Assembly: GCA_951406725.2 (NCBI GenBank)
Contig: OX597830.1
Location: forward strand, 76,880,001 to 76,944,000
Source: Octopus vulgaris
Lineage: Eukaryota
Reading direction: 5' to 3'
Length of the DNA: 64,000 nucleotides
Shown: positions 14,080 to 28,135 of the stretch, one piece after another
Layout: every line of letters starts with the position of its first letter
How positions within the stretch are numbered: position 1 is the first letter of the stretch
Translations under genes and position numbers: made by a program
Notes under the pieces: generated by a model
Seen by the model: the letters and a program-made list of their open reading frames with translations, nothing else
Databases searched by the model: none
What the model was told of the DNA's origin: nothing

Positions 14080-14430
14080 TATTTTTATCTTTTACTTCAT
14101 TAGACTGCGGCCATGCTAGGGCATCGATACTTAGTTTTTTAGAGCTTATTACTTATTCTAACGGCCTCTTACGGATGCGAAAACACACCAGCACCGATTG
14201 TTAAGTGGTGTGGTGTGAGGTAGACACAGACGCGCGCGCACGCACACACACGCACACACACACACACATGTGACGGGCTTACTTCAATTTCTGTCTACTA
14301 AACCCACTCACAAGTATTTGGTCGGCCCTGAGGCAATAGCAGAAGATCGTTGTCCAAGGTGCCACGCAGTGGGACTGAACCCAGAACCATGTATTTGAGA
14401 AGCAAACTTCTTACCAGACAACCACGCCTA
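14080..14430 (-). mobile_element. SINE family B, decayed
   Basis: CCAAGGTGCCACGCAGTGGGACTGAACCC and GACTGCGGCCATGCT segments. Confidence 0.75.
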
Positions 14431-14491
14431 TGCAGATATATGGATATACGCTATATATATTATATATACAGAAATATATTACATATACATA

Positions 14492-14601
<110 letters not shown>

Positions 14602-14676
14602 TACATAGACATATATATATACATATATATATACATATATATGTGTGTGTGTATATATACATATATATATATATAT

Positions 14677-15238
14677 ACTGCATCCCACATTATTTGGCAA
14701 ATCAACCTTCTCTCAATAGTTAAATGTATATTCTTTCAAAACGAGTTGTTGTCCCACTGACTGTTGGCAACACATATCTGCGCACATTCTGTTAAAATAA
14801 ATCGGATCTGCGCAGACGTCAACAAATGACGGCCGTTTTTGTGATTGGTCAACATTTTCACCGTCACCAATTATTAGGCAAGTATAATAAAACTAGTTTT
14901 GTCGGAACAAACATATATTTCATTCAACAGTAAAGGTTTAACAAAAAATTGTTCATAAAAGATTTAATGGTAGACATAATAATACGTTCGAATGAAAACA
15001 GTCAATAGATTATGATGTCATACAGCTAATGTTTCAGGTATGTTCCTCCGCATGGAATAACTCTCCTTTCACGCTGATCCATTGAATTTATCAAGGTGAT
15101 GATATCCTCTTGTGTCATGATTTGAGCAGCATCTACAATAGCATCCCAGAGGGCAACTTTACTTGAAAACTGCCGTCCCATCTTGGTAGACGTGCTCTTC
15201 AGGACACCCTACAGGTTCTCAATTGGGTTTAAATCTGC
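14677..15238 (-). mobile_element. Tc1-type transposon 3' fragment with terminal repeat
   Basis: Minus translation ADLNPIENL*GVLK...RQFSSKVALWDAIVDAAQ...LINSMDQR...GGTYLKH*; DLNPIEN is the DD34E-type third-motif; ends ...GGGATGCAG|TA. Confidence 0.8.
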
Positions 15239-15450
15239 AGTTATTCCATATTCTATAGAATAACTGCAATTGCTGCAGATATTCCATAGAATTCTTCTAT
15301 GAACAAGCTTCAGAGAGTGGAGGGCTTGTAACAAGTTTAACATTCTTGCCTACCTGCTTCAATAGGTGACACCTGGTAGTTTTCGATACGTCTTCATTGC
15401 CACGGCGTTTGAAGACTTTTCTACTTGTCAGATATACATACATACATACA

Positions 15451-15530
<80 letters not shown>

Positions 15531-15531
<1 letters not shown>

Positions 15532-16542
15532 TAGCATTATGACCCGTCGTTGCGGGTCATAGTGCTAGTGCATGTATATATGTGTATATATATATGTGTA
15601 CATATTACATGTACAATGATATATATACATCTACACATAAAATACGAAATACAAAGTTATATCTTGATATCGCTAGTGATAACAATACTCAAAAATATAT
15701 AACAGACTGGAATTGTTAGCCCGTCTCTTGTAATTTCGATCACTTGTATCTTGTCCTCCCTCTTGTATAGAAGTGTGGCTACAATCCAGCCTACTTCTAC
15801 TTCTGGTGGGGGGGGGGGTACATTTTAAATTTTTATCCGGGACGTCCTACGTCCCAGATATAAGAGTGAAAATAAAATATTTCCACTTTGCAAGTTCGAG
15901 TCGAGTACTCCCTTGCACGCTCCGTTGACTCGAACCTTGCTTCTATTTTGGCAAATTTACCGCCTCTGGTTAGATATCTTTCATAGTTGCACCAAGACAC
16001 TTTTCGATGGTGCTTTCCTCCATGTGTTCAAATCTTCTTTTTTCTCTACATTGTATACTTTATAGACAGTAGTCTTTCCTTTAATCTAATTTTTTATTAT
16101 CCATCTGGACTATTCCATTTCTGCACACTAATTTTATTTTTAATTTATTCCCATTCATGTGAAACCACTTATTCAAGTTCAAATCATTGATGCAATTTTA
16201 TACCAATTGCTATTTTTACTTTTGTTATGTTACGATTATATTATAGTTTGATTTTAATTATTACTTACTACATATAATTCAATTGTCATTATTATTTTTA
16301 TTGTTAAAGTGAAAGCATCTGACATAAAATAGAGAAATGTTTTTGTTTCACTTTTAACACGTAATACTGAAATAGTGGAAAAGATATGATATTGCTATGG
16401 GTTCGCTCTAGGCAAGAAGTTGAACATTTTTTTGCCCATGAAACTACATGGACCCTAAGTAAGGCATGTGTAAAATTTGAATGAAATCGGTTGTGTAGTT
16501 CTCAAGTTTAGGGAAACAGACAGACAGACACACATTCTCAGT

Positions 16543-16555
<13 letters not shown>
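15531..16555 (-). mobile_element. Non-autonomous Helitron-like element
   Basis: Minus strand starts in a TA tract (ATAAAACTGAGAATGTGTGTCTGTCTGTCTG) and ends with hairpin GACCCG..CGGGTC plus GCTAG. Confidence 0.65.
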
Positions 16556-16591
<36 letters not shown>

Positions 16592-17120
16592 AATATAGGG
16601 CAATCAGTAAGTTGTCATAATAATACGCAGAGTTTCAAATACAGGAGCTAAAAGATTCTAGACATTTTCATCATTAAAAAAAAATATCTTAAAGTGTGTC
16701 GTCTGATTTTCTAAACATTCCACGAAGTCACACCAGAGTACTGATTCTATATTTACCCATCCCTATATGATAACACATAAATATTGGTTTCGCATGATTT
16801 GAATTTCGAACGCAGAAAAGATAAACAAATATTGGATGATAATTTTGTTGTTGATCTGAGTGTTGCATGATTTTCAAACCCGCAGTAATAGTTATAGCAA
16901 CAGCACCATCAGCACCGCCACCACCGCCACCACCATCGCTATCTACATCGTTAGTGCCAACGAGGGATCCCCTACGTAGTCGCATGGTCTGCTAGAAATA
17001 GATGCCCGTTTTCCCTCAGATCATGCCTTAGTCGCTTGGAGATCAGATCGGATTATAGATCTTGTCAATCAAGGATGATCATTGGTTAGGCGCAACTACT
17101 ACTACAACAACAACTACTAG

Positions 17121-17180
<60 letters not shown>

Positions 17181-17997
17181 CACCACCACCACCACCACTA
17201 CTACTACTACCACCACCACCACCACGACTGCTACTACTACTACCACCACCACGACGACTGCTACTACTACTATCACCACCACAGTACTACTACTATTACT
17301 ACTACTTCTACCACCACCACCACCACCACCACCAACCACCACTACTACTACTACTCTTACTACTATTACTACTACTGCATCATTGTAGCATGAGCTACGA
17401 GAATCATTGTTAACTTGAAATGCAAAAAATAACCAAATCCCTGCCCCACCTCTCTCTCCCTTTCTCCCTTTCACCTCTCTCTCCCTCTCCTTTTCACTTC
17501 TCTGTCTGTCTGTCTGTCTGTTTGTCTCTCTCTCTCTCTAATCTTACACTGCCATCTCAGAAACAACAGCAAACAATAGCTAACAACAAAAACATTAGCA
17601 AACAGAGAGACAACAGCAACAACAAGAACAACAAAGCGAATACGTTTGATAATGTCGCCCCAGATATTTCGCATTTAAAAAAACATAAATGACAATTTGA
17701 TAACGGAAAACACTATCATTTATTTTTATTATCCTAAGTCTGCTTCATCCGAACTAACCTTGGCCTTAAACTACAGCAAGATTACTTGGAAAAAAAGGAG
17801 CGCACCCATAAGGGTATCAGTATCTATAGTTAAGGGGTTAGAGAGACACGAACTACAGGAACCTGTTTAATATAGAGTCTAATTGAGGGCAATTAGCGCT
17901 GAACCGTTTCTTTTTTATTACCGTTTCCTATCTTTATTGGGTGTGACTCTGTCTGTTCAATTATGTATGCATGTATGTATGTATGTATGTATGTACG

Positions 17998-18052
<55 letters not shown>

Positions 18053-18067
18053 TTATATATATGTATG

Positions 18068-18122
<55 letters not shown>

Positions 18123-18181
18123 AGTTTGTATGCGTAAATATATATGTAGTTATATATATATTATATATATATATATACATG

Positions 18182-18219
<38 letters not shown>

Positions 18220-18228
18220 CATGTATAA

Positions 18229-18285
<57 letters not shown>

Positions 18286-18909
18286 CGAATATATATATAT
18301 ATACATATTTATACATGTACATATATATATATATATTTATAATATTCCTTCGTGCGTTTATATGTAACTTACATATACACATATTTAAACACGTTACGCA
18401 CATATATATATATATGTACATATATGTGAGTGTGTGTGTGTGTGTACAATACACAATCAAACTTCTAAACGTGTATGTTTGAATATATGCAATATATACA
18501 CCCAGATGCATACACGGATACATATGTACAATTTGATAGGTGAGTATATATAGATCTGTATATATACATGTATGTGTGTGTGCGTGTGCGCGCGTATGTG
18601 TAAATTGTCGATTCGGAAGTTATACACAAATTTTATTAGTGCTGAATATATAATATATAAAACTCCGTAAGTTCACAAGTTTAAAGTGACATCCTCAAGA
18701 GTGTTGTATAGAGCTTCTTGTTTCTTATAAAGAATGCATGCTGAGTGCAAAACACATTTGAAGTAATAGAAGTCAAACAATATCGTTGATGTTTCAATCA
18801 TTTCATTTCTTACAGCCGTTTCGCGAAACTCTGTATTTTTTTTAACTCCTTAAGATCATTCCCGTGTCATTTACAATTGTGCTGTTGATAATTAAGTAAT
18901 TGTGAAACC

Positions 18910-19115
18910 AGCGAGTTGGTAGAATTCTTAGTAAGCCGGACAAAATTTTTAGCAGTATTTTATCTGTCCTTACATTCTGAGTTCAAATTCCGCCGAGCTC
19001 GATTTTACTTTTCATCCTTTTGAGGTTGATAAAATAAGTACCAGTTGAAACCTGGAGTTGGTGTAATCGACTTACTCTATCCCCTGAACTTTCTGGCCTT
19101 GTGCCAAAATTTGAA
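18910..19115 (+). mobile_element. SINE family A, old copy
   Basis: GCGAGTTGGTAGAAT...GAGTTCAAATTCCGCCGAG...GGCCTTGTGCCAAAATTTGAAAC. Confidence 0.75.
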
Positions 19116-19600
19116 ACTAATAGTTGGGTAATTGTGACGCTGGAATGATCGAAACTGTAGGAGGAAACAGAAATTATTGAAAAACATGTCCTGTACCTCG
19201 TTTTTCTGTTGTACTTAATGTTTTTCCTGTTTTCGTTCTCGTCCTTCTGTTGTAACAAAATGGCTTTTCCGTTTTCGTTTCTGTTCAGTTTTACGTCTTT
19301 TTGTGGTGTCCTGTACATATATATATATTTATATATGCATGTATATATACATGTAGATGTCGGTACGTACATATATGTTTGTATGTATGCATATATTTTA
19401 TTTATTACACTATATATATATATATATACACACACAAACACACACACACACTCCTTTCATTCGTTACTTTTCGAGATTTAAATCAGCATTCATTCGAGTA
19501 GAATTCAAATCACAAGACACTTCGTTATACGTTCATACATACATACATGCACACATACATACGTATGCATATACACACATACATATATAGATACATACAT

Positions 19601-19649
<49 letters not shown>

Positions 19650-19666
19650 CATGTATGTATATATGC

Positions 19667-19746
<80 letters not shown>

Positions 19747-19747
19747 G

Positions 19748-20154
19748 AGGCGCAGGAATGGCTGTGTGGTAAGAGGCTTATTTGCGAACCACACATTTCC
19801 AGTTCAGTCCCACTGCGTGGTACTTTGAGCAAGTGTCTTCTACTATAGACTCGGGCCGACCAAAGCTATGTGATTGGATGTGGTAGACGGAAACTGAAAG
19901 AAGTCCGTCGTATATATGTATGTGTATGTGTGTGTATGTTTGTGTGTCTGTGTTTGAACCCCTACCATCGCTTGACAACAGATGTTTGTGTGTTTACATT
20001 CCCGTAACTTAGGGATTTGACAAAAGTGACTGATAGAATAAGCACTAGGCTTACAATGAGTAAGTCCTGGGGTCGATTTGTTCGATTAAAGGGGGTGCTC
20101 TAGCAGGCCGCAGATATAATATCTGAAATAAGTAAAAGAGTAAAGAGTAAAAGA
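19748..20154 (+). mobile_element. SINE family B, full length
   Basis: AGGCGCAGGAATGGCTGTGTGG head through an (AAGAGTA)n tail. Confidence 0.85.
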
Positions 20155-20220
20155 GTTCGTGTCTGTATATGTATATATATATATATATAAATTTATATAC
20201 ATATATGTGTGTGTATATAT

Positions 20221-20400
20221 AGGGAAAGTTTACGAAAAAAAACAAAAGACGAAGACAGGGGGTGTAGACAACAGATGTATTAGTATAACGCTCGGGAAGT
20301 GAAAAAGTCTTTAACGTTTCGAGCCTACGCTCTTCCACAGAAAGGAACACGGAAAGAAACAAGGAGAGGAAATAAAGAATGTGTAGTAGCAAGCGACCTA
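20221..20400 (-). mobile_element. TA-embedded short element with a variant minimal hammerhead (Penelope pLTR-like)
   Basis: Minus strand CUUU-CUGUGGA-A-GAG-CGUAGG-CUC-GAAACGUU-AAAG; homologous to 41577-41745, 54643-54867 and 59640-59800. Confidence 0.55.
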
Positions 20401-20419
20401 CATATATATACATACATAA

Positions 20420-20945
<526 letters not shown>

Positions 20946-20981
20946 TGTGATTATAGATGAATTTGAAAGAAATGAAGAAAA

Positions 20982-21068
<87 letters not shown>

Positions 21069-21128
21069 GAATCGGTGATTACAGCTGCCCAGGAAGAAAA
21101 CATTACAAGTAAATTAGCATTTAATAGT

Positions 21129-21198
<70 letters not shown>

Positions 21199-21213
21199 TA
21201 ATAATAATAATAT

Positions 21214-21824
21214 TTGGGAACACAAACCACCTCCAGTGCTTGAAAATGACCACATCTCACTCCTCTGGAACTTCACCATTCAAACTGACAGAAATATAGA
21301 TGCAAATAGGCCAGACATCATATTGAAAGACTTCAAACAAAGAACATGCCTCCTCATTGATATGACTCTCCCAATCGATATAAACGTATCTGTCAAGACC
21401 TACCAAAAACTGAGCAAATATAAAGATCCTGAAATAGAAATCAGCAAAATGTGGAACTGAAGACTAAAACAATACTTGTTGTCATAGGTGCCCTGGGAAT
21501 GATAGCAAAAGGGACTGATCGCTACCTAACTCAGATACCAGGAAACCCCAAAATGGCAGAAATCCAAAAGATAGTGCTCATGGGAACTGCTCATATCCTA
21601 TGCAAAGTACTTTCTATGTAATCTCATGTTTTAAAACAAACATACTTTTCGTTTTTATTTTCGTTTTTTTTTTTGACATTCACTAGTACAACACTAAATA
21701 CAAAACCAAATATATGGCACACTAGGCATAACAACATCACGAACTTCCAACCTGTTGTCTCTTGAGGTCTCTGGGTGAGATTTGGAACCAACTTGTACAA
21801 ATATAAAGCAAAAGTCAAACATAG
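21214..21824 (+). mobile_element. 5'-truncated R4/Dong-clade non-LTR retrotransposon (RLE domain + 3' UTR) in an (AAT)n tract
   Basis: WEHKPPPVLENDHISLLWNFTIQTDRNIDANRPDIILKD...LIDM..P.D.N....YQKLSKYKD, then after a frameshift VIGALGMI...IQKIVLMGTAHIL, stop at ~21621; (AAT)n on both sides. Confidence 0.9.
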
Positions 21825-21833
21825 AATAATAAT

Positions 21834-21901
<68 letters not shown>

Positions 21902-21918
21902 TGATGATAATAATGTTG

Positions 21919-22118
21919 GTACAAGGCCAGCAGTTTTGGGGAGGGGACAAATCGACTACATCGACCCGACCCTACTGTTCAACTAATACTTCTTTTACCG
22001 ACCCCGAAAGGATGAAAGGCAGAGTGGACCTCGGCATTAAATCTGAACTCAGTACGTAAAGCTGGATGAAACGCCGTTAAGCATTTTGTCCGGCGTGCTA
22101 ACGATTCCACCAGTTCGG
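21919..22118 (-). mobile_element. SINE family A, decayed
   Basis: CCGACCCCGAAAGGATGAAAGGC...GGCGTGCTAACGATT. Confidence 0.75.
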
Positions 22119-22280
22119 TGTCGCCGATGACGACGTCAACAACAGCAATTTTAATAATAGAAAGGCTAGCAATGTACATTGTGTCCTTCCTTTGAAAACA
22201 AAATATATATACTGTGATGTGATGTGAGAGCCAGATCTGCTTGCTTCTCAAACTGGATGAACGAGTAAATTAGAAACATT

Positions 22281-22686
22281 CTGGCAGAAACGTTAGCACG
22301 CCGGGCGAAACGCTTAGCGGTATTTCGTCTGCCATTATGTTCTGTGTTCAAATTCTGCCGAGGTCGACTTTACCTTTCATCCTTTCGGGGTCGATAAATT
22401 AAGTACCAGTTAGGCACTGGGGTCGATGTAATTGACTTAATCCGTTTGTCTGTACTTGTTTGTCCCCTCTATGTTTAGCCCCTTGTGGGTAGTAAAGAAA
22501 TAGGTATTTCGTCTGCCGCTACGTTCTGAGTTCAAATTCCGCCGAGGTCGACTTTGCCTTTCATCCTTTCGGGGCTGATAAATTAAAGACCAGTTACCCA
22601 CTTGGGTCGATGTAATCGACTTAATCCTTTTGTCTGTCCTTGTTTGTCCCCTCTTTGTTTCGCCCCTTGTGGGCAATAAAGAATTA
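22281..22686 (+). mobile_element. SINE family A with two tandem bodies
   Basis: TATTTCGTCTGCC recurs at 22321 and 22505 (184-bp period). Confidence 0.85.
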
Positions 22687-23077
22687 AGAAGCATTCTCAT
22701 ATTTTGTTCGCTACTGACGAAAGGAATTATTGAGGTAGGTTTGGCTGTGGCATTCAGCTGGTAGAATTTTGCTCTTTCGTCTTCGAGAGACAAAGGAAGC
22801 TTCTACGTAATCGGCCACCTAGCTGGAAATAGCAGCTTAATCTCCCAAAATTCATACTCTACTGTCTTCAAAATTTAGTCACGCTCACCCAAAGCTGTTC
22901 TGGATATGCATAAAGACGGGACGGCATACACCAAGACGGGAGAGTATATATAAAAACGGTGTACATTAGGCTTGTATGCAGAAAGATAATCACATCTAGA
23001 ACACCTTGGTTGGTCTAACCACACACTTGCTGTTGATGATATTTTCCCTTCTCTGGACCTTTCCACTTTCCTTCTTT

Positions 23078-23115
23078 CCTTCTTGACGATGAGTTATGCT
23101 CGAAACGTCAAGGGC
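23078..23115 (+). ncRNA. Minimal hammerhead-like motif
   Basis: CCUU-C(U)UGACGA-U-GAG-UUAUG-CUC-GAAAC-GUC-AAGG: helix I CCUU/AAGG, GUC site, palindromic ACGU helix III; the core has an extra U. Confidence 0.45.
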
Positions 23116-24886
23116 CCTCTCTTTTTTCCACCTTTACAGAACGCCAAACTAGCATATTGTATGTGCATGTCCTCTTGTTTTGTTATTGTGTTGTTTTTTT
23201 TTATATTCGATTATTCCATTTGACTATACTTCATCAAAGTTGAGCTATGGTTAAAGAACACCGCAAATCTAAGGAGCTTTTATATCAGGCATGGGCAACG
23301 GGTTTTGTGAAGCGAGTTGCATGAAATGTGGCTCATCACCAATTAGACAGCACTTCTGAAACAATTCAAAATAATTTTTCTTTGGCTTGCCCTTCAGAGG
23401 GTTCAGAAGTCCGCATGCGGTCCGCCGATCATGGTTTACCCAAGACTACTTTACATGATCCCTACCATAGGTTACAAACAGCAGCCAAATATCCCTCACA
23501 TTTTGTTATTATTGAACATATTGGACAATATAGGCCCTGATGTACAAGAAAAAAATGAACTGGCCATAGTTGGGTCGACTTTGATCGTTAGGTTGCTTGA
23601 CTAGGCCTGGTCTGGGAGTAAATAGCAACAATGACAATAGCGACAGTTCGTTGACTCGTTGTTAGGGCTTTCTTATATGGTGAAGTGAAAGTAACTGGAG
23701 ACTGAGTGACCTCGACCCAAGTTGACACAAAACATGTGTCAGGCGCTTGAGAGTTGAACTCACGTGTCAAGGATATTTGATCCACTCGGATAGAAAAATG
23801 GAGAGTGATTTATGATTGCCATCCTAATGATGATGACGATGTCGACGACGACGGCGATAACGATGATGATGATGATAAAGTATACTGTTGTTGCTGTTGG
23901 TGGTGGTGGTGGTGGTGGTGGTGGTGGTAGTTTGGCAACGATGATGATGATGATGAGGAGGAGGAGGATGATAATGTTGGATAATATTAATGATGATGAT
24001 GATGATGATGATGACGACGACGACAACGACGATGATGATGATGAAGGGTGATGGTAATGGAGGTGTTATTCTGATGATGTTTGTAGTAATGATGATGGTG
24101 ATTGCTGATAAGGACAGCAGTGATGGTCATGGTAGTGTTGGCGGGGATGGTGGTGCTACTGGCAACGACAATGGCGTGTGGTGGTGGTGGTGGTTTTATT
24201 GGTGGCAATGGTAGCGGTAGTGGTAAGGGCGGCGGCGGCGGCGGCGGCGGTGGTGGTGGTGGTGGTGGTGACGACGTTGATGATATTGAAGATATTCTTT
24301 TGTAATTTAACCCAAGCTCTGCACTGAGCGAAGAGAACAGTTGCAAACAGACCCGTAGTCAAAGGATACTCCATCCATGACCATTTCATCTATTCTTCCT
24401 AAATAGTGTACCTCTGTTTTGCTGTAACATTTATTGCATCCTTCTATTGGGTGGTTTGGAGGAGATTTGGTTGCACTTTCTACAAGATATTAAGGCCACA
24501 CAATGGTTATTTCCCTGCTTCGATGTATTCGCAGCGGTGATAGTTGTATAGGTTGCAGTGGTGGTGGTGTTACAGGTGGTGGTAGTATTGGTGATGGTGG
24601 TTTTATTAGTGGTGGTGGTGCTGGTGGTGGTGTCATTAGTGATGGTGGTTGTGGTGGTGTTGCTTCCTGGTGGTAGTAGTAGTGGTGGTTGTGGTGGTAG
24701 TAGTGGTGGTAGTGTGGCGATGGCAGAGGTTGTGGTTGTCGTGATTGGACGAAAAAAGATGGTAGTGATAATGGTGAAGATGGCCATCGTGAGATAGAAT
24801 GGTGGTAGTGGTGGTGGGGGGCGTAGATGGTGTAGCTGTTGGTGGTGTGATGGGTGTTGGGGTCTGAAGGTCTTTGTGCGTGTGTA

Positions 24887-24918
<32 letters not shown>

Positions 24919-25202
24919 TGTGCGTGTGTGTGTGTATGTGTGCAGGGATGGGGGAACTATTTGAAATTTAAGATGAAAGGCTAAAAACAGTTGAAAAAAA
25001 TGGAGATAAGAAAAACAATAATAATAATAATAATAATAAAAATACTACTAATAATAATAGTAATAGTAATAATGGCAACAATTGCTAGAACAAGAATAAT
25101 GATAACAATGATGATAAATTATAAGCTTATAAACAAAACGATTATTTAAATAAAGAAAGCCGTTTTGTTTTTCAGTGAAGGTGAGTGGTCACGTGCGCTT
25201 AC

Positions 25203-25335
25203 TTCATTATGATAATATACTTTGGCACTTTTTTAAAGAAAACAAGCGCCGCCGCAACAATTTCTAACACTGCGGCGCGGCGGCGCAGGTGAGTGTGGAC
25301 TGGGGGTGGGGTGGGAGCACCAATGCAGCAGCAGC

Positions 25336-25385
<50 letters not shown>

Positions 25386-25440
25386 GTACTGCTGTTGTTG
25401 ATGTTGTTGTCTTGTTGCTGTTGTACTGCGCTACCTTTCA
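25203..25440 (-). other. Candidate first exon (5' UTR + ATG-AA) of a host gene
   Basis: Local CpG-rich patch; the minus strand reads ...CATA-ATG-AA|GTAAGC (start codon then a good donor site). The upstream boundary is unknown. Confidence 0.3.
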
Positions 25441-25444
25441 ATCC

Positions 25445-25481
<37 letters not shown>

Positions 25482-25588
25482 GTAGTAGTAGTAATAATAA
25501 TAATAATAATAAAGTAATAATAATAATAATGATAATAATAATAATAATAATAATAGTAATAATAATAATAATAATAGTAATAATAATA

Positions 25589-25629
<41 letters not shown>

Positions 25630-25676
25630 TAATAATAATAACAATAATAATAATAACAACAACAACAATAATAATG

Positions 25677-25739
<63 letters not shown>

Positions 25740-25766
25740 GTAATAATAAAAAAATAAAAAAATAAA

Positions 25767-25836
<70 letters not shown>

Positions 25837-26297
25837 TCCGACGTGAATGAAAACAACACCAAGAATATAAAAATTGAAGAGGACGCTGAGACCAAGGAAA
25901 CCAAGCCGAAGTGATGGAGATAAGAGAGAATATTTAAATACTGTGACATCCCATACTAATGCTTGGTTGTTTTTTTCTTGCTTTTGGGTTTTTGGTTTTT
26001 GCTTTTTGTTTTCTATTCATTTGATACCAATTTACAAGTGAGCAACTCAAAATCAAAAAGAAAAAAAAACAAAAAGAAAAGGAAAGAAGAAGAATACAGC
26101 GCATAATGAATAAATAATAAATAAATATATAAATAACATTGATTAATGGTATGAAATCTGCCATGCTTTGATATGTAAGCGGAGAATGATTTGAGGCAAA
26201 GATGGAGGTGAAGGTAGAGGCAGAGGTATTCATCTGTTTTACAATTTTTTTCGCGCGTCGTTTTGTGTTCAAATCCTGCAGAGGTCAACTTTTTCTC

Positions 26298-26540
26298 TCT
26301 TACTCTCTTTCACTTGTTTCAGTCATTTGTCTGCGGCCATGCTGGAGCACCACCTTTAGTCGAGCAAATCGACCCCCCAGGACTTATTCTTTGTAAGCAT
26401 AGTACTTATTCGATCGGTCTCTTTTGCCGAACCGCTAACTTACGGGGACGTAAACAAACCAGCATCGGTTGTCAAGCGATGCTGGGAGGACAAACACAGA
26501 CACGCAAACATATGCAGACACACACGCATACATACATACG

Positions 26541-26631
<91 letters not shown>

Positions 26632-26785
26632 ATGTATATATATATTATATATACGACGAGCTTCTTTCAGTTTCCGTCTACCAAAGCCTCTCACAAGACT
26701 TTGGTCGGCCTGAAGCTATTCTAGAAGACACTTGCCCAAGATGCCACACAGTGGTTGGTAAGCAAGCTAATTACCACATAGCCAA
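26298..26785 (-). mobile_element. SINE family B
   Basis: Matches the other B copies and has an expanded central TA/GT tract. Confidence 0.8.
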
Positions 26786-26916
26786 TCCTTTCAGGGTCGA
26801 TAAAATAAAGAATCTGTCAAGTACTTAGGTCGACATAATCAACTTCTTTCCTCCCCTTAAAACTGATCGTCTACAAAGAATTATTATTATCATTATTATT
26901 ATTATTATTATTATTA

Positions 26917-27031
<115 letters not shown>

Positions 27032-27081
27032 TATTATTATCATTATTATTATCATCATCATTATTATTATCATCGTCATAA

Positions 27082-27155
<74 letters not shown>

Positions 27156-27188
27156 GTTGTTGTTATTATTATTATTATTATTATTATT

Positions 27189-27494
27189 GAGTGAGAGAGC
27201 AGTGCATGCCATCAAAGTGACACTGGGGTAAAATATACAAAGCCCAGCATACCCATCCTGACTACCCGTCTGATAAGGGTACACCAGGCACATGCATCAC
27301 AACCATATGTACGCGACATGGTGATCTCATATCAAGATAAACAGTACATGACCTTGCAGGTGGGGCCCAGTTAGAATTTTCTTCAGGTTGAGTAGCCCAT
27401 CCTGCTCAAAAGGTCCCTGAATAAGGGTTGCTTTAGGATGATGAACGAAACACCCATGTTTCCAAAGGTGAATTATTCAAACACCAAAGAATCC
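27189..27494 (-). mobile_element. 5'-truncated copy of the (TAA)n-embedded non-coding element
   Basis: Near-identical to 30305-~30610; (TTA)n on both sides. Confidence 0.8.
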
Positions 27495-27535
<41 letters not shown>

Positions 27536-27696
27536 CATTATTATCATCATCATCATCAGCATCATCATCATTGCCTTTGCTTTATTTTGTATGGTATTTG
27601 GTATACCCGTATTGATCTATGCATATGCACACACAGCACACACATACTCATATTCTTTTAAATAGAAATAAGTGAAATAGAGTGTGCAAGAGACAC

Positions 27697-28135
27697 AAGG
27701 TGATGCTGAAAAGTTCCCGGCATCGGATAAAACAAAATGCAGGAGAATCAGTTAATTATGATATTTTTCAATCTCCTCTCAGATTCACCCACTTATTGCA
27801 GCGGTTCTTCAAGTTTTTCTAAGCCCTGTAGAAAAACTCATAAAGTTGGGCCTCCAACCAGGCCTTCCATGACACCCGTAAAACCAGAAACTTTCCACCC
27901 ATTACTCGTATAGTGGGAGAGATAGATAGACTCATGGCTTTGGGTAAAAGAAAATAAAGGTGTATCAGTTAATTACAATTCTTTTAGCATATTCCCCTGT
28001 CACATTCACACACTTATTGCAGCGGTTCTTCAGTTTTTCTAAGCCCTGTAAAAGAACTCGGAAGGTTCGCCCCCCCCCTCAATCAGGCCTTTCGTGACAC
28101 CCTTAAAACAGGGAACTTTTCATCACCCCTACGTA
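27697..28135. mobile_element. Two adjacent mariner-like MITE copies
   Basis: Inverted ends GGTGATGCTGAAAAGTTCC / GGAACTTTTCATCACCCCTACGTA; the internal sequence is repeated. Confidence 0.6.

Noticed and set aside
17062-17474. Poly-Thr/Val mucin-like ORFs
   Set aside because: Trinucleotide repeat mosaic with no splice or domain support.
23760-24860. Gly/Asp/Val-rich ORFs
   Set aside because: Degenerate GGT/GAT repeats with stops in the flanks; no recognisable protein.
25431-25949. Poly-Asn ORF and the peptide KSDVNENN...KPK*
   Set aside because: (AAT)n tract with frame breaks; no acceptor or homology evidence.
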